Shown: positions 26,948-37,672, counted from the first letter of the stretch. The stretch: 41,249 nucleotides of DNA from Candidatus Nanohaloarchaea archaeon (GCA_042217585.1 JBDGSJ010000012.1:1-41249), one strand, 5' to 3'. Numbers and translations are program-made. The notes: generated from the letters alone by a model not told the origin.

Positions 26948-27370
26948 TCACTCCACGTTTACTTCATCAACACTGTGGGTCCGCTTCAGTATCTCCCTTA
27001 TCGAATCGATCTTCTTGCCGTTCTTTCCGACTACTCGTCCCTTGCTCTCCCGGGGTACGTTGATGTCCACAGTCTTCTCTCCCTCGTCCTCGTTGACATC
27101 GACACCCCTCAGGTTCGTCGGCACCAGGTTGTTGATGAACTTGCCCAGGTTCTCGCTGTACTCGTAGATCTTGACATCCCTTCCCAGTCTGTCCTGGACC
27201 TTCTTGACGACTTTACCTCCTTCTCCTATGGCCATTCCGGCCTTCCCTTCCGGGACGATGAAGTAGGCTTCATCTTCCTTTATGATGGCGTCTCTGGCTT
27301 CTACGTCCGTGATTGATTCAAAGAGGTTGATTGCACGGATCATTTCGGTGTCATAGGTTGCTGTAGCCAT
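26948..27370 (-). CDS. nusA: Archaeal NusA-like transcription factor (KH domains)
   Basis: GMAIGEGG and KGRVVGKNG KH motifs; position after rpoA''. Confidence 0.93.
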   Translation of the reverse strand: MATATYDTEMIRAINLFESITDVEARDAIIKEDEAYFIVPEGKAGMAIGEGGKVVKKVQDRLGRDVKIYEYSENLGKFINNLVPTNLRGVDVNEDEGEKTVDINVPRESKGRVVGKNGKKIDSIREILKRTHSVDEVNVE

Positions 27371-27457
27371 GGATAATATCCCTTAGAACTTAATCCTTCT
27401 GTACCTTAATAGTAGTCCCAGGTTTTATAAATGAAGTGTTGTTGGAGTGGTCTCCGG

Positions 27458-28564
27458 TCATTCCTCTCCGTACCTCGGTTTGAGGTCGACCTCCCCGGTC
27501 CCGATCGGAACCGGCTGACCGACCACTATGTTCTCGACCACTCCCTCGAGGTCGTCGTTTTCTCCCCGCAGCGTTCCCTCGCGGAGGTGCTTCTTGGTCT
27601 CCTCGAATACGGACCGTGCGAGCAGTGACTCCTTGTCGCCGACGAGACCGTATCTCGTCGTTCCCTTGAGTTCTCCGTCTCGCGTCATCAGGTCCGCAAG
27701 GAGCATTATGTGCCTGTCGTCGACTCCGATGCCCTGGGCCTCGAGCGTCTTGTTGGTCTCCCTGATTATCCTCTGTCTCAGGGCCTCGATCCCGAGCACT
27801 CTTCCAATCTCGAACAGGTCGTTGCTTATAGTTCTTGAACCGTCCACTTCCTCGATCTTCAGCGTCTTTCTGAGGGCAGTTCCTGCGGTCTGCAACTGCC
27901 ATTCGCCGTCTTCCTCGTTTATAACTACCTGCTCGATCCCTTTAACACCCTTTATCCGGGCTTCTTCTGTGTCGTTCTTCAGGTCCTTCAGGTCCCTGAG
28001 ATCGTAGTCCTCCTCTGATGATTCCAGGGTCATCGTGTCCCCTTCAAACGTCAGCTTGGACTTCTTGACCGATTCCTTTATCCGTGACCTGAGGTCCTCC
28101 TGGTCGATGTCGTAGTCATCCATCAGTTCCTGGTTGATCTCGAACTCGACCTCCAGCTGCATGATGTCGATCGTGTCGGCCTTCACGAGGTCCTCGAACT
28201 TGACCTCTCTCAGCTTCCTCGCAAGCTTCTTCGCGTCCTCCTTCGAGTTGTATTCCTCCTTCAGGTATATCTCCATCATCGGGGTCTTCGGTTCCCTTCT
28301 AGCGTCGACGATCTCTATGAGCCGTGGAAGCCCTGCGGTCAGTGATACCTGGGCGCCTCCTGCCTGGTGGTATGTCTCCATAGTCAGCTGTGTGGCTGGC
28401 TCTCCCAGGGACTCCGCGGCGACGAGACCGACCGCCTCGCCTGGCTCGTACTGCATGTTCCTGTAACGTTCCTTGAGCCACTCGCGTGTGTCTTCGTCCA
28501 GGTCCAGTGTTTGGTACTTTGGCGGAAGTTCTTCCGCTCGGTCCTTCCAGTTGAGTCCTGTCAT
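27458..28564 (-). CDS. rpoA2: RNA polymerase subunit A'' (Rpo1C)
   Basis: [53 protein letters not shown] 28564 follows SD GGTGA. Confidence 0.96.
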   Translation of the reverse strand: MTGLNWKDRAEELPPKYQTLDLDEDTREWLKERYRNMQYEPGEAVGLVAAESLGEPATQLTMETYHQAGGAQVSLTAGLPRLIEIVDARREPKTPMMEIYLKEEYNSKEDAKKLARKLREVKFEDLVKADTIDIMQLEVEFEINQELMDDYDIDQEDLRSRIKESVKKSKLTFEGDTMTLESSEEDYDLRDLKDLKNDTEEARIKGVKGIEQVVINEEDGEWQLQTAGTALRKTLKIEEVDGSRTISNDLFEIGRVLGIEALRQRIIRETNKTLEAQGIGVDDRHIMLLADLMTRDGELKGTTRYGLVGDKESLLARSVFEETKKHLREGTLRGENDDLEGVVENIVVGQPVPIGTGEVDLKPRYGEE

Positions 28565-28568
28565 CTTT

Positions 28569-31037
28569 CTATTCACCAGTTGAGATCTTGGTGGAGATCT
28601 TTCCTCTGTCTGATTTCTGCGGATCTATGCCGTCTTCCCCGGCGCGGAACTGGACTATCTCGTCCTGCGCGTTACGGACCGTCTGGTCGTACTTGACCTT
28701 GAGGTCCTGGAGGGCGTTCGAGAGCCGCCTGTACATGTATCCGGAGGTCTTCGTGTTCAGTGACTTGTCCGTCAGAGCCTTTCTCTGGGACATCTGGTGG
28801 AAGAACATCTCCACCTCGTCCAGCCCACCGATTATGCTGGATTCGACGAAACCTCTCGACTCGGGACTGAGCTCTCCCTTCTTGAAGTGGGAGAGCGTGC
28901 GGTCCTTGTAACCTCTCTGGATCCTCTGATCCCTGACAGAGTTCTGCCCGAGCAGACCTGCCATCGTCGTGACGTTCTGCATGGATCCTCTTGCCCCTGA
29001 ATCCGCCATGACGTAGGCGGAGGATTCCTCGCTGAAGTTCTCGGCTATCAGGTCTCCGATCTCCGTGAAGACCTCGTTGAGCTTCTTGGTGAGCTTGATC
29101 TCTCTCGTCTCCTCGACGGTCTTTCCGGTGATCGGCTCCATCTCTCCTTCCTTGTATTCCTCGAGTATCTCGTCCGTGTCCTCCAGGGTTCCGTTGATCA
29201 TCTCCCTGATCTTCTCAGTCGCCTCGTCCGATACCTCGAGGTCCTCGAGACCGATCGAGAAACCTCGGGCCGTCAGGAATATTGCTCCCACGCGGGACAC
29301 CCTGTTGAGGAACTCCGCGACCTTGTCAGGTCCGTATTCGATCGAGAGCTGCTGGATTATCTCGCCCCCGTAGTCGCCGAGAGCGTCCTCGTCCAGCACT
29401 CCCTTCTTCAGTTCTCCCTGCTCGATCACTACCTCGTCCTCTTCTCCCTCGTTGATGGTCAGTGAAATGTCCTCAGGGATGAACAGCGATACGAGCTCTT
29501 TTCCGGTTATCTCTTCCTTGTCGGGGAGTTCAGCTGTGTACTCGCCTGCCTCTGTCAGCAGGTTGAAAGCTTTCTCTCTTGATACTGTTTTATCGGGCTG
29601 TGTCAGCAGGTAGAGTCCTGATACGTAGTCCTGGAGCATGCCGACGATAGGTCCTCCCATCTTCGGCGACTTGATGTGCTCCTGGACCTGCATCAGCTCC
29701 TCGGCCTCGGCCCTCGCCTCTTCCGTCTGCGGGACGTGGAGGTTCATCTCGTCTCCGTCGAAGTCTGCGTTGTAGGGTGCGCAGACGTTGAGGTTCAGCC
29801 TGAAGGTCCTGTACGGGAGTACGCGGACCTTGTGGGCCATTATGGACATCCTGTGGAGCGATGGCTGTCGGTTGAACAGTACGGTGTCTCCGTCCTTGAG
29901 ATGTCTCTCGACCTTCCACCCCTCGCCGGGTTCGATCGTTTCCAGGAGCTCCTCCTGGTTCTCCTCGGTCACTCTTCTCCGGCTTCCGTCGGGCTGGAAG
30001 ACGTAGTTCGCGCCAGGGTGCTCCTCCGGACCGTTCTCAAGATGCTTTCTTATCCTGTCGTAGTTCCTCTCCGTCACTTTCTCCGGTATGGTGAGCTTCT
30101 TCGCCACCATGAACGGCACTCCGACCTCGTTGATACCGATGTTAGGGTCCGGTGAGATGACCGTCCTCGCGGAGAAGTTGACACGTTTACCTATAAGGTT
30201 CTGCCTGAACCGTCCTTCCTTGCCCTGGACACGCTCCATGATCGACTTTAGCGATCTTCCGGAGCGGTGCCTGGCCGGTGGGACGCTTGACATGTCGTTG
30301 TAGAAGGCTGTCGCGACGTGGTACTGGAGCAGTTCCCACAGGTCGTCGATGATGAAGTCCGGCGCCTCGATCTCTATGTTGTTCTGGAGGCGCTTGTTGA
30401 TCCGGATCACGTCGACCAGTTTGTGAGTCAGGTCGTCCTCAGACCTCTCGCCGGTCTCCAGCGTTATCGACGGTCTCATCGTCACGGGCGGGACCGGGAT
30501 GTGTGTAAGTATCAGGTCCTCAGGTCTTCCGCCTTCGATACCGATCTTCTCCGCGACGTCGTCAGGTATCTGTTTGAACCTTTCCTGTATCTCATCGGGC
30601 TTCAGCTCTTCTCCGTCCTCTATAAATGTGTATGGCTTGTCGAGCTTGACGTCCTCGACCTCGTGCCCGCACTCCGGGCACTCGTTCATCATGTTGGACT
30701 TCCTGTAGGGCTTGTCCTCGTCCTTCATGACGAGCGACTGGCACTCCTTGCAGGCGAACCTGAGGAGGTCTCTGACCTTCTTCGCGTAAAGGACGTGGAC
30801 CACAGGACGGGAGAGCGTTATTATCCCGAAGTGGCCCTTGCACTCTCTTATCTTGCCGCCGCAGGTCTGGCATTTCATGCCGGGGTCTATGACCCCGAGC
30901 GAAGGGTCCATGACTCCTCCCTCTACAGGGAAGCCGTCTGCGTCGTAGACCTCTGCCTTGTCGATCTCCTTCACGGCGATCTTCTGGAGTTTTTCCGCGT
31001 CCAGTATTCCGAAGTCCAGGCTCTCGATGTTCTTCAT
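28569..31037 (-). CDS. rpoA1: RNA polymerase subunit A' (Rpo1N)
   Basis: Catalytic [32 protein letters not shown]. Confidence 0.98.
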   Translation of the reverse strand: MKNIESLDFGILDAEKLQKIAVKEIDKAEVYDADGFPVEGGVMDPSLGVIDPGMKCQTCGGKIRECKGHFGIITLSRPVVHVLYAKKVRDLLRFACKECQSLVMKDEDKPYRKSNMMNECPECGHEVEDVKLDKPYTFIEDGEELKPDEIQERFKQIPDDVAEKIGIEGGRPEDLILTHIPVPPVTMRPSITLETGERSEDDLTHKLVDVIRINKRLQNNIEIEAPDFIIDDLWELLQYHVATAFYNDMSSVPPARHRSGRSLKSIMERVQGKEGRFRQNLIGKRVNFSARTVISPDPNIGINEVGVPFMVAKKLTIPEKVTERNYDRIRKHLENGPEEHPGANYVFQPDGSRRRVTEENQEELLETIEPGEGWKVERHLKDGDTVLFNRQPSLHRMSIMAHKVRVLPYRTFRLNLNVCAPYNADFDGDEMNLHVPQTEEARAEAEELMQVQEHIKSPKMGGPIVGMLQDYVSGLYLLTQPDKTVSREKAFNLLTEAGEYTAELPDKEEITGKELVSLFIPEDISLTINEGEEDEVVIEQGELKKGVLDEDALGDYGGEIIQQLSIEYGPDKVAEFLNRVSRVGAIFLTARGFSIGLEDLEVSDEATEKIREMINGTLEDTDEILEEYKEGEMEPITGKTVEETREIKLTKKLNEVFTEIGDLIAENFSEESSAYVMADSGARGSMQNVTTMAGLLGQNSVRDQRIQRGYKDRTLSHFKKGELSPESRGFVESSIIGGLDEVEMFFHQMSQRKALTDKSLNTKTSGYMYRRLSNALQDLKVKYDQTVRNAQDEIVQFRAGEDGIDPQKSDRGKISTKISTGE

Positions 31038-31041
31038 GTTA

Positions 31042-32844
31042 TCAGTCCTCGTCCTCCAGGTTGATCTCGGTATCCATCATCATGGATTTGAGCTCGTTCA
31101 GGAGGAGCAGGAAGGCGTGCGGAACCTCGGTCTCCCCGAGGTCGCTGGACTCACAGTTCGGACAGTAGGTCTTGTTCTCCGTCCGGTCCTCGAGCCCTAT
31201 CTCGCCGCAGTTCTCACACACCTTGATCTCGGTCGAGTCGGCACCGAACCGCTCCTTCAGCAGGAGCGAGGCGCCGTGCCCGACGAAAACGTCCTTTTCC
31301 ATCTCTCCCAGCCTGAGACCTCCCTCCTGGGAGCGTCCCTCGGTCGGCTGCTTGGTGAGCAGTGTGACAGGTCCTCTGGCACGTGCGTGTACCTTGTCGC
31401 CGACCATGTGGCTGAGCTTCAGGTAGTATCCCGGTCCGACCAGTATGTCGGCGTCCATCTCCTCTCCGGTGAGGCCGTTGTACATCGTCTCCTTCCCGGA
31501 GCTCTGGAAGCCGAGGTCCTCGAGCTGGTCTCTCAGGTCGTCCTTGTCCTCGCCGTGGTAGGCTGTCCCGTCAACGGGTTCTCCCCTCAGGGCGCCGACC
31601 TTTCCGGCGAGCAGTTCTATTATCTGTGAAACTGTCATACGGCTCGGGATGGCGTGTGTTGACAGGATTATGTCAGGTGTAACGCCGTCCTTCGTGAAGG
31701 GCATGTTCTCCTCCGGCACTATCATGCCGATGACTCCCTTCTGTCCGTGCCGGGTGGCGAACTTGTCCCCGAGCTCGGGTATCCTGTACTCCCTCATCTT
31801 CGTCTTGATCAGCTTGTCTCCGTCGCTGGTCTCAGAGATCATCACTGTATCTATCTTCCCTCTCTCACCGTGTCTCACGGTCAGCGAAGTCTCTCTTCTC
31901 TCCGCCAGTCCCATCTTGACCTCTTCTCCGCCGCCCGATCCCAGGAACTTCGGCGGTGAGGTCTTACCGACAACGACGTCGTCCGACTCCACCTCGGTCT
32001 CCGGGTTGGCGATACCGTCCTCGTCAAGGTGGCTGTATGCCTCCTCTCTCCGGTATCCGCGGACGTCCTTGTCCGGTATGCACATATCGTCCTTCTGTCC
32101 TCCCCAGTACCTCTGTGCCTCGGTCTGGTAGGTCCTCATGTAGGTGGTGCGGGCAAGACCTCTCTCGATGGACGCCTTGTTCATGATGACCGCGTCCTCG
32201 ATGTTGTAGCCGTCAAACGAGGCGAGCGCGATCGTCATGTTCTGCCCGATCGGGTGGTCCCCGAGAAGAGTGTCGTAGGTATTCGTTTCTACTATCGGCT
32301 GCTGTGCGTAGGTCAGGATGTTGGCCTGGGTGTCGAACCTCTGATGGAACTCCCGTGAAGGCATCCCGAGGCCCTGTCCCGACATCTTCGCACCGAAGTT
32401 CACACGGTCTCCCCTGTTATGCTCGGGGTAGACCACGAGCGAAGCCGAAACCCCGTTGATTATCTCGGGGTCAAGCTCCTTGTGAGTATGCTCCTCGGTC
32501 GGTTCCTCGTCGGCGAGCGCCACGTAGGCGTTTTCCTCTTCCTCCGCGTCGAGGTACTCGATAACTCCCTGCTCCTCAAGTTCCTCGAGGGTTATCTCTC
32601 CGTCCGTAAGCTTATCCATCTGCTCCTCGGTGAGCTGTGCCTCGCCGTCGTCGACTATGATCAGCGGGCGGAGCACTCTTCCGGAGTCCGTGTTGATGCG
32701 GACCTCGTCCCTGTCCTCCGCGTAGTAGACGCTGGCTTCCTTGTCTAAGTCGCCGGACCGCCGCTTCTCGATGAGTTTCTCCCTGACTTCTCCAGGGTCC
32801 TCAGCCTCACCGATTATCTTTCCGTCAAGAAATACTTCGGTCAT
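31042..32844 (-). CDS. rpoB1: RNA polymerase subunit B' (C-terminal part of split Rpo2)
   Basis: GDKFATRHGQKG, GGLRLGEMEKD, C-terminal Zn site. Confidence 0.97.
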   Translation of the reverse strand: MTEVFLDGKIIGEAEDPGEVREKLIEKRRSGDLDKEASVYYAEDRDEVRINTDSGRVLRPLIIVDDGEAQLTEEQMDKLTDGEITLEELEEQGVIEYLDAEEEENAYVALADEEPTEEHTHKELDPEIINGVSASLVVYPEHNRGDRVNFGAKMSGQGLGMPSREFHQRFDTQANILTYAQQPIVETNTYDTLLGDHPIGQNMTIALASFDGYNIEDAVIMNKASIERGLARTTYMRTYQTEAQRYWGGQKDDMCIPDKDVRGYRREEAYSHLDEDGIANPETEVESDDVVVGKTSPPKFLGSGGGEEVKMGLAERRETSLTVRHGERGKIDTVMISETSDGDKLIKTKMREYRIPELGDKFATRHGQKGVIGMIVPEENMPFTKDGVTPDIILSTHAIPSRMTVSQIIELLAGKVGALRGEPVDGTAYHGEDKDDLRDQLEDLGFQSSGKETMYNGLTGEEMDADILVGPGYYLKLSHMVGDKVHARARGPVTLLTKQPTEGRSQEGGLRLGEMEKDVFVGHGASLLLKERFGADSTEIKVCENCGEIGLEDRTENKTYCPNCESSDLGETEVPHAFLLLLNELKSMMMDTEINLEDED

Positions 32845-32848
32845 TTTA

Positions 32849-32914
32849 TCACTTCAGCAGTTTTTTCTTCATTTTTTCGATCCGTTTCTCGAGTTTTGAG
32901 ATCATAGTATCCAT
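32849..32914 (-). CDS. Putative 21-aa basic mini-protein (MDTMISKLEKRIEKMKKKLLK) between rpoB'' and rpoB'
   Basis: ATG 6 nt after a strong SD (GAGGTGA); ORF fills the spacer and stops 4 nt before the rpoB' ATG. Confidence 0.35.
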   Translation of the reverse strand: MDTMISKLEKRIEKMKKKLLK

Positions 32915-32920
32915 TTCTGA

Positions 32921-34378
32921 TCACCTCACGTCTATCCCTGCCTGCTGCAGCTTGGATTTGAGCGAGTTCTTCTCCATGTCGCTCAGACCGGTTGAGACGT
33001 TGGCCGACATCGCAAGATGGGTTCTCAGGCCGATGTTCATGCCCTCCGGTGTCTTGATCGGGCAGACACGACCCCACTGCGTCGGGTGGAGGTCACGTGC
33101 CTCGAAGTGCTGCCGGTCAGAGCTGAGCGGCGAAACGATATTTCTCAGGTGGCTGAGCGTCTTGATCCTGTTGTTCCTTTCGAGCCCCTGGCAGATACCG
33201 GTCCTTCCGCCCACCCAGTTCCCGGTCGCCATCGCACCCATTATCTGTTTCGTCAGGGTGTCAGCGACCACCGTGGACTGGAGAGAAGGCAGACGTCCCC
33301 GCTTGGCCGATTTCTGGAAGTTGTATTTCATCCGGGCTACAAGACCCCACTTGCCGAGGAAGACGGACCTGAACTGCATCTCCAGAAGCTCTCCTGCGAG
33401 GTTGAGCCTCTTGTTCGCGTAGTGGTCCATGTCGTCCTCCTTGATGTCGCCCTTTCCCAGTGCTATGGTGTTCCTGATGAGGTTCGCGAGGAACTCGGCC
33501 TTCTCCTCCCGGGAGTCCTTCTCCTGCCCGAGGTGGGGAAGAAGGTACTCGTCAAGTATGTTGCTTACACGCTCCTGGACGTCGTTCGTTATACCTGCCT
33601 GGTTAGCCAGGTACTCGAACGCCTCCTCCTGGTTCGCGGCGTCGACCTCGTAGATGTTCAGGTAGACATCGGAGGAGTAGTCCTCTCCGATAGCCTCCAC
33701 TATCTCCTTGTCGGTCTCATAGCCGAGAGCCCGGATCAGTGCGACCGCGGGAGTCTTCTTCACGTTCGCGAAGGAGATGTTCACGATATCCTTGTCACGC
33801 CTCAGGATGTGTCTCTGGACGTAACCCGCGTTCTCCGAGTTTATCCGGCAGATCTGCTCCCCGTCGTCGTTCTGGTAGACGGGCTTGTTGTTCGCCATCT
33901 CCTCCATCGCGATGATGGTCTTCTCCGAACCGTTGATTATGAAGTATCCGCCTGGGTCCTTCGGGTCCTCTCCCTCTTCACGCATCTTTTCCTCGTCCCA
34001 TTCGGAACTCCAGCAGAGCTCTGAACCGACCATTACCGGGATCTCCCCTATGGTGACGGTCTCGGATTCCTGCTGGACCCCCTCGAAGATAGGAGTCATC
34101 TCCACCTTTATCTCCGAGGAGTACGTGAGGTCCCTCATCCGGGCCTCTCTCGGCGTGATCTTGCGGACCGAGCCGTCGGCCTCGTGGATCTTCGGCCTCT
34201 TGATATCGACGTCGACTATCTTTATGACCAGTTCCTCCCCGTCCGGGAGTTCGGGCTCTATCGAGCCGACCTCGTTCAGTATCTTCTGTACTCTTTCCTC
34301 GACGAAGCGGTTGTAGGATTCTATCTGGTGTTTTACGAGGTTGCGGTCTATCAGCTGCTTCAGGAATTCTTCTTCCAT
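32921..34378 (-). CDS. rpoB2: RNA polymerase subunit B'' (N-terminal part of split Rpo2)
   Basis: DPGGYFIINGSEK, DHYANKRL, ARDLHPTQWGRVCPIKTPEG. Confidence 0.97.
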   Translation of the reverse strand: MEEEFLKQLIDRNLVKHQIESYNRFVEERVQKILNEVGSIEPELPDGEELVIKIVDVDIKRPKIHEADGSVRKITPREARMRDLTYSSEIKVEMTPIFEGVQQESETVTIGEIPVMVGSELCWSSEWDEEKMREEGEDPKDPGGYFIINGSEKTIIAMEEMANNKPVYQNDDGEQICRINSENAGYVQRHILRRDKDIVNISFANVKKTPAVALIRALGYETDKEIVEAIGEDYSSDVYLNIYEVDAANQEEAFEYLANQAGITNDVQERVSNILDEYLLPHLGQEKDSREEKAEFLANLIRNTIALGKGDIKEDDMDHYANKRLNLAGELLEMQFRSVFLGKWGLVARMKYNFQKSAKRGRLPSLQSTVVADTLTKQIMGAMATGNWVGGRTGICQGLERNNRIKTLSHLRNIVSPLSSDRQHFEARDLHPTQWGRVCPIKTPEGMNIGLRTHLAMSANVSTGLSDMEKNSLKSKLQQAGIDVR

Positions 34379-34381
34379 ACG

Positions 34382-34621
34382 TTATCGGGCCTCGATCACG
34401 TGCCTGTAGTAAGTGGATTCTCCAGCGGTAGGGCTCTCACGTGTTATCTCGATCACGTCCCCGACCTCGACATCCATGCTCTTCAGCGCCGCGTCGGTCC
34501 TCTCGATCTTCGGAAGCTTCTCCTTCTCAGTATCGTACCTCTCCAGAAGCTCCTCCACCTCGTCTTCATCCATTTTGCGGTGTTCCGGGACAGCCTCATG
34601 TTCGTCGACATCTATAGCCAT
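34382..34621 (-). CDS. rpoH: RNA polymerase subunit H (Rpo5)
   Basis: HEAVPEH, LPKI..TD, GDVIEITRESPTAG. Confidence 0.96.
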   Translation of the reverse strand: MAIDVDEHEAVPEHRKMDEDEVEELLERYDTEKEKLPKIERTDAALKSMDVEVGDVIEITRESPTAGESTYYRHVIEAR

Positions 34622-34738
34622 TGTATTTCGCCCTCACCCTGAGAAATCCGTCGAGTTAGACAATAGGGAAGGGGTAAGTAAACTTTAAATAGGTGGTGAG
34701 CTGGACCGAAAGGTATTAAAGCGGTCCTTCAACGAGCT

Positions 34739-35404
34739 TCAGAAGTCGAGCTCAGGTCTTCTCCGCATGCTGGAAACGGAGTCACCGACCACCACGTGGT
34801 CCAGGACGTCGATCCCGAGACTGGACCCTGCCTCGATCAGTTCCCGGGTCGTCTGGATGTCCGCCTCCGTCGGCTCGGGGTCCCCGGACGGATGGTTGTG
34901 AGCGAGGACCACCGCGGCGGCGTTGGAGATGAGGGCGGGCCGGAACACTCTTCTCGTGTCGAGTTCAACGGAGTCGACGCCTCCCTCCAGTTCCTCCTCG
35001 TCAACTACCTCGTTCCCGGAGGAGAGACAGAAGACCCTGAGGACCTCCGACTCGAGGTACTTCATGTCCTGGACCTGCCCCCTCAGGTCGCCCAGGTCCT
35101 CTATCTTCTCTGATTCCTCCCGCTCCATCCTCCTCGCCAGCTCCCCGAGGGCCTTGAGTTGTCCTGCCTTCACCCGGGAGATCCCGTCGAACTTCTTGAG
35201 CTCCTCGAGTTCCCGGCTTCCCAGTTCCGATACGCTGTGCTCCTCAAGTATCTCGGCGGAGAGCTCCTTCACGTTCTTCCCCTTCGTCCCGGTCCTCAGG
35301 ATTATGGAGAGCAGTTCGACCTCTGATAGCTCCGATGCGGACCTCTCCTCCAGTTTCTCCCGCGGTCTTTCGCTTTCCGGCAATTCCTTTATGGTGTAGT
35401 CCAC
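34739..35404 (-). CDS. radC: RadC/UPF0758 family protein (HhH plus JAB/MPN domain)
   Basis: ERPREKL, ELLSIILRTG, LAHNHPSGDPEPTEAD, VLDHVVVG. Confidence 0.93.
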   Translation of the reverse strand: MDYTIKELPESERPREKLEERSASELSEVELLSIILRTGTKGKNVKELSAEILEEHSVSELGSRELEELKKFDGISRVKAGQLKALGELARRMEREESEKIEDLGDLRGQVQDMKYLESEVLRVFCLSSGNEVVDEEELEGGVDSVELDTRRVFRPALISNAAAVVLAHNHPSGDPEPTEADIQTTRELIEAGSSLGIDVLDHVVVGDSVSSMRRRPELDF

Positions 35405-35525
35405 TGGAAGAATTAAGAGGTCCGCAGGAACTTAAAGAGGACGCTCAGAATTTTATCGTGGTGAAAAACCAGTTCTTTCTCCCGCGAGCTCAGGTCCTAA
35501 AAAGCCTTGCCGGACAATCCCATCT

Positions 35526-36311
35526 GTGGAAGAGGTAATCGAGGACCCGGGCATGGAAGAGGCGGAGAAGGTACTCGAGGAGTACCTGAAGCGGGATTAC
35601 ACGGTCCAGGTGAACGGCCTCTGCTCGGTGAACTATCAGGGGCGCGCCAAGTCCAAGCTGGACCGTGGAGAGAGGCTGGTGATCAAGAAACAGGACTCCG
35701 CCCTGCTTGTCCATGGACCGGAGAACTACCAGCCGAAGAACTGGCAGCCCGAGGTCGACTCGTACTCGGTGGAGTACCGGGAGGAAAATGAGATTCTAAT
35801 GCTGGAGGCCCGGAGGACCAACCCGGAGGAGGTGGTCGAGATAAGGTTCGAGGATCTGGACCTGGTCACTGTCAGCAGGCTCGTCGACCGATCAGAGCTG
35901 AAGATAAGGGGTCACGAGGTCGACATCCATGAATCGATAGAGGAGGATCCGGAGATAGTTGAGGAGGGTATGAAGGTGATAGAGCGGGAGAGGGAGACTC
36001 CCGCCGGGTTCATCGATGTCTTCGCCCGCGACTCGGAGGACACCTACACCGTCATAGAGGTGAAGAGGAACCCGGACTACAACACGGTCCTCCAGCTCCA
36101 GAGGTACGTCGACGAGATAGAGGACGAGTTCAAGGGCGAGATAAGGGGTATACTGGTCGCTCCCAAGATGACGGACAAGGTCCTCGACTACCTGGAGGAG
36201 CGGGGACTGGAGTTCGTCGAGGTCGAGATGGAGGACGTAATCGCGTCCTACGAAGCTATAGATGACTCTCAGAAAGGACTCTCCGACTTCGGACCGTCCT
36301 ACTCCGACTGA
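35526..36311 (+). CDS. nucS: Endonuclease NucS/EndoMS
   Basis: YQGRAKSKL, LLVHG..YQPKNWQP, GFIDVFARD, VIEVKR, QLQRY, IRGILVAP. Confidence 0.93.
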   Translation: MEEVIEDPGMEEAEKVLEEYLKRDYTVQVNGLCSVNYQGRAKSKLDRGERLVIKKQDSALLVHGPENYQPKNWQPEVDSYSVEYREENEILMLEARRTNPEEVVEIRFEDLDLVTVSRLVDRSELKIRGHEVDIHESIEEDPEIVEEGMKVIERERETPAGFIDVFARDSEDTYTVIEVKRNPDYNTVLQLQRYVDEIEDEFKGEIRGILVAPKMTDKVLDYLEERGLEFVEVEMEDVIASYEAIDDSQKGLSDFGPSYSD

Positions 36312-36583
36312 TCCCCGAGGTACTTCTGCTGGAGGTCCTCGGCGTACTCGATCGCGCTCTCTACATCGCTCGCCATCTCCTCCTCGTCCCGGTCCTCGAG
36401 CTCTCCTCTCAGGTCCTCGAGCCGGTCCCTGACGCTCTCCAGCTCTTCGCCTGCCTCCTCGAGGTCGCCGTCCTTCTTCGATGCGTCTATCAGGTCGGAC
36501 TGGACGATATCGAGCTCGTACTTCAGTATCTGCTCGTACTCCTCCAGCTCCTCGGTCGACTTGTCGCCGTAGTCCTCGCCCAT
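36299..36583 (-). CDS. Hypothetical acidic helical protein
   Basis: 94-aa ORF with host-like codon use and D/E-rich composition. Confidence 0.65.
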   Translation of the reverse strand: MGEDYGDKSTEELEEYEQILKYELDIVQSDLIDASKKDGDLEEAGEELESVRDRLEDLRGELEDRDEEEMASDVESAIEYAEDLQQKYLGDQSE

Positions 36584-36647
36584 GTAACTTGATTAGTGCT
36601 GAAGGTTTTTACCTCGAACTCTCAAGAAGTGAAAAAAGGGGACGGAT

Positions 36648-36845
36648 TCAGAAGTCGTAGTGAATCCAGTACCGCTCCACCTTGTCGAGGTCCAGCCAGT
36701 GAACCTCGTCGTCCGCGTCGACCTCGACGACACCGTCGTCCTTGAAGTCCGCGTTGTGCTTGTGGAGCTCGAAGTCCTCGCCGGAATCCGTACGGATCAT
36801 CACTTCTCCGTACTTCTCAACGGCTTTTCTTATCCTGTCTTCCAT
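36648..36845 (-). CDS. Hypothetical small acidic protein
   Basis: 65-aa ORF with AGGCGA SD-like motif upstream and a T-run downstream. Confidence 0.65.
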   Translation of the reverse strand: MEDRIRKAVEKYGEVMIRTDSGEDFELHKHNADFKDDGVVEVDADDEVHWLDLDKVERYWIHYDF

Positions 36846-36913
36846 CGGATATCGCCTGTAGAACTTCAGGGCGTGTGGAGATAAAAGGATGTTGTTTTAG
36901 GCGAGCCTAAACA

Positions 36914-37672
36914 TCAGCTTTTTTCCTGGCTGTCTGTATCGCCGTATATCTCGTCTTCGTCGACTTCATCGCTTGGAAAGTAGTTCTGGTCCATCTCACG
37001 GCCTCTGATGTAGTGGTCGGTGTACGCCTTCACGTAATCGAGGAAGAGCGGAACGTAGCCGCGTCCCTCCTGTCTTCGAGGGGACGTCCGGACCCACGCA
37101 TCGCTGTCGTAGATCACTTCTCCGCGTTTCCTGATCCTCATCGATAGCTCGGTGTCCTCCATCATTGGAAGCTCCTCGTCGAAACCTCCCTCATCGAGGA
37201 AAGTTGAACGCCTGTAACTCCCGTTGACACCGCTTATCTGCACGAAACCGAAAGGCCAGGAGATCCTGTACCAGTAATCCGACAGCAACCGGAACATCAC
37301 CCTGTGCTTCAGGCTTTCGTCCCGTGAGAGGACCGGTCCTCCGACAGCCACGACCTCTTCATCCGAATAGTGCCGGAGATGACGCTCGACCCAGTCATCA
37401 CAGACCTCGCTGTCCGCGTCCGTGAAGAGCACCACCTCGGACTCGACCTCTTCAGCCCCGAGATTCCGTGCGTGACCCGGCCCTGACCCCTCTTCATCTT
37501 CCACGACCCGGTCCGTCGCCGGATGACTCCTGGCGACTTCTGCAGTACGGTCATCCCCGCTCGCCACGACGACCACTTCGGCCTCCTGACCCTCCAGAGA
37601 GTCCAGGGACCTGTCGATCTTGTCCTCCTCGTTGTGCGCAGGGATCACGACCGAACCATCGATCTCTTCCAT
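36914..37672 (-). CDS. Family 2 glycosyltransferase
   Basis: SVVIPAHNEE, GHARNLGA, FTDAD, GGFDE, EDTEL, TSPRR. Confidence 0.9.
   Translation of the reverse strand: MEEIDGSVVIPAHNEEDKIDRSLDSLEGQEAEVVVVASGDDRTAEVARSHPATDRVVEDEEGSGPGHARNLGAEEVESEVVLFTDADSEVCDDWVERHLRHYSDEEVVAVGGPVLSRDESLKHRVMFRLLSDYWYRISWPFGFVQISGVNGSYRRSTFLDEGGFDEELPMMEDTELSMRIRKRGEVIYDSDAWVRTSPRRQEGRGYVPLFLDYVKAYTDHYIRGREMDQNYFPSDEVDEDEIYGDTDSQEKS

Noticed and set aside
27371..27457. Absence of rpl30e between rpoA'' and nusA
   Set aside because: Loss of L30e from this position is known in several archaeal groups, and the gene could lie elsewhere in the genome.
31042..34378. Split rpoB as a novelty or frameshift error
   Set aside because: The B''/B' split is established in several archaeal lineages, and both halves have proper starts and stops.
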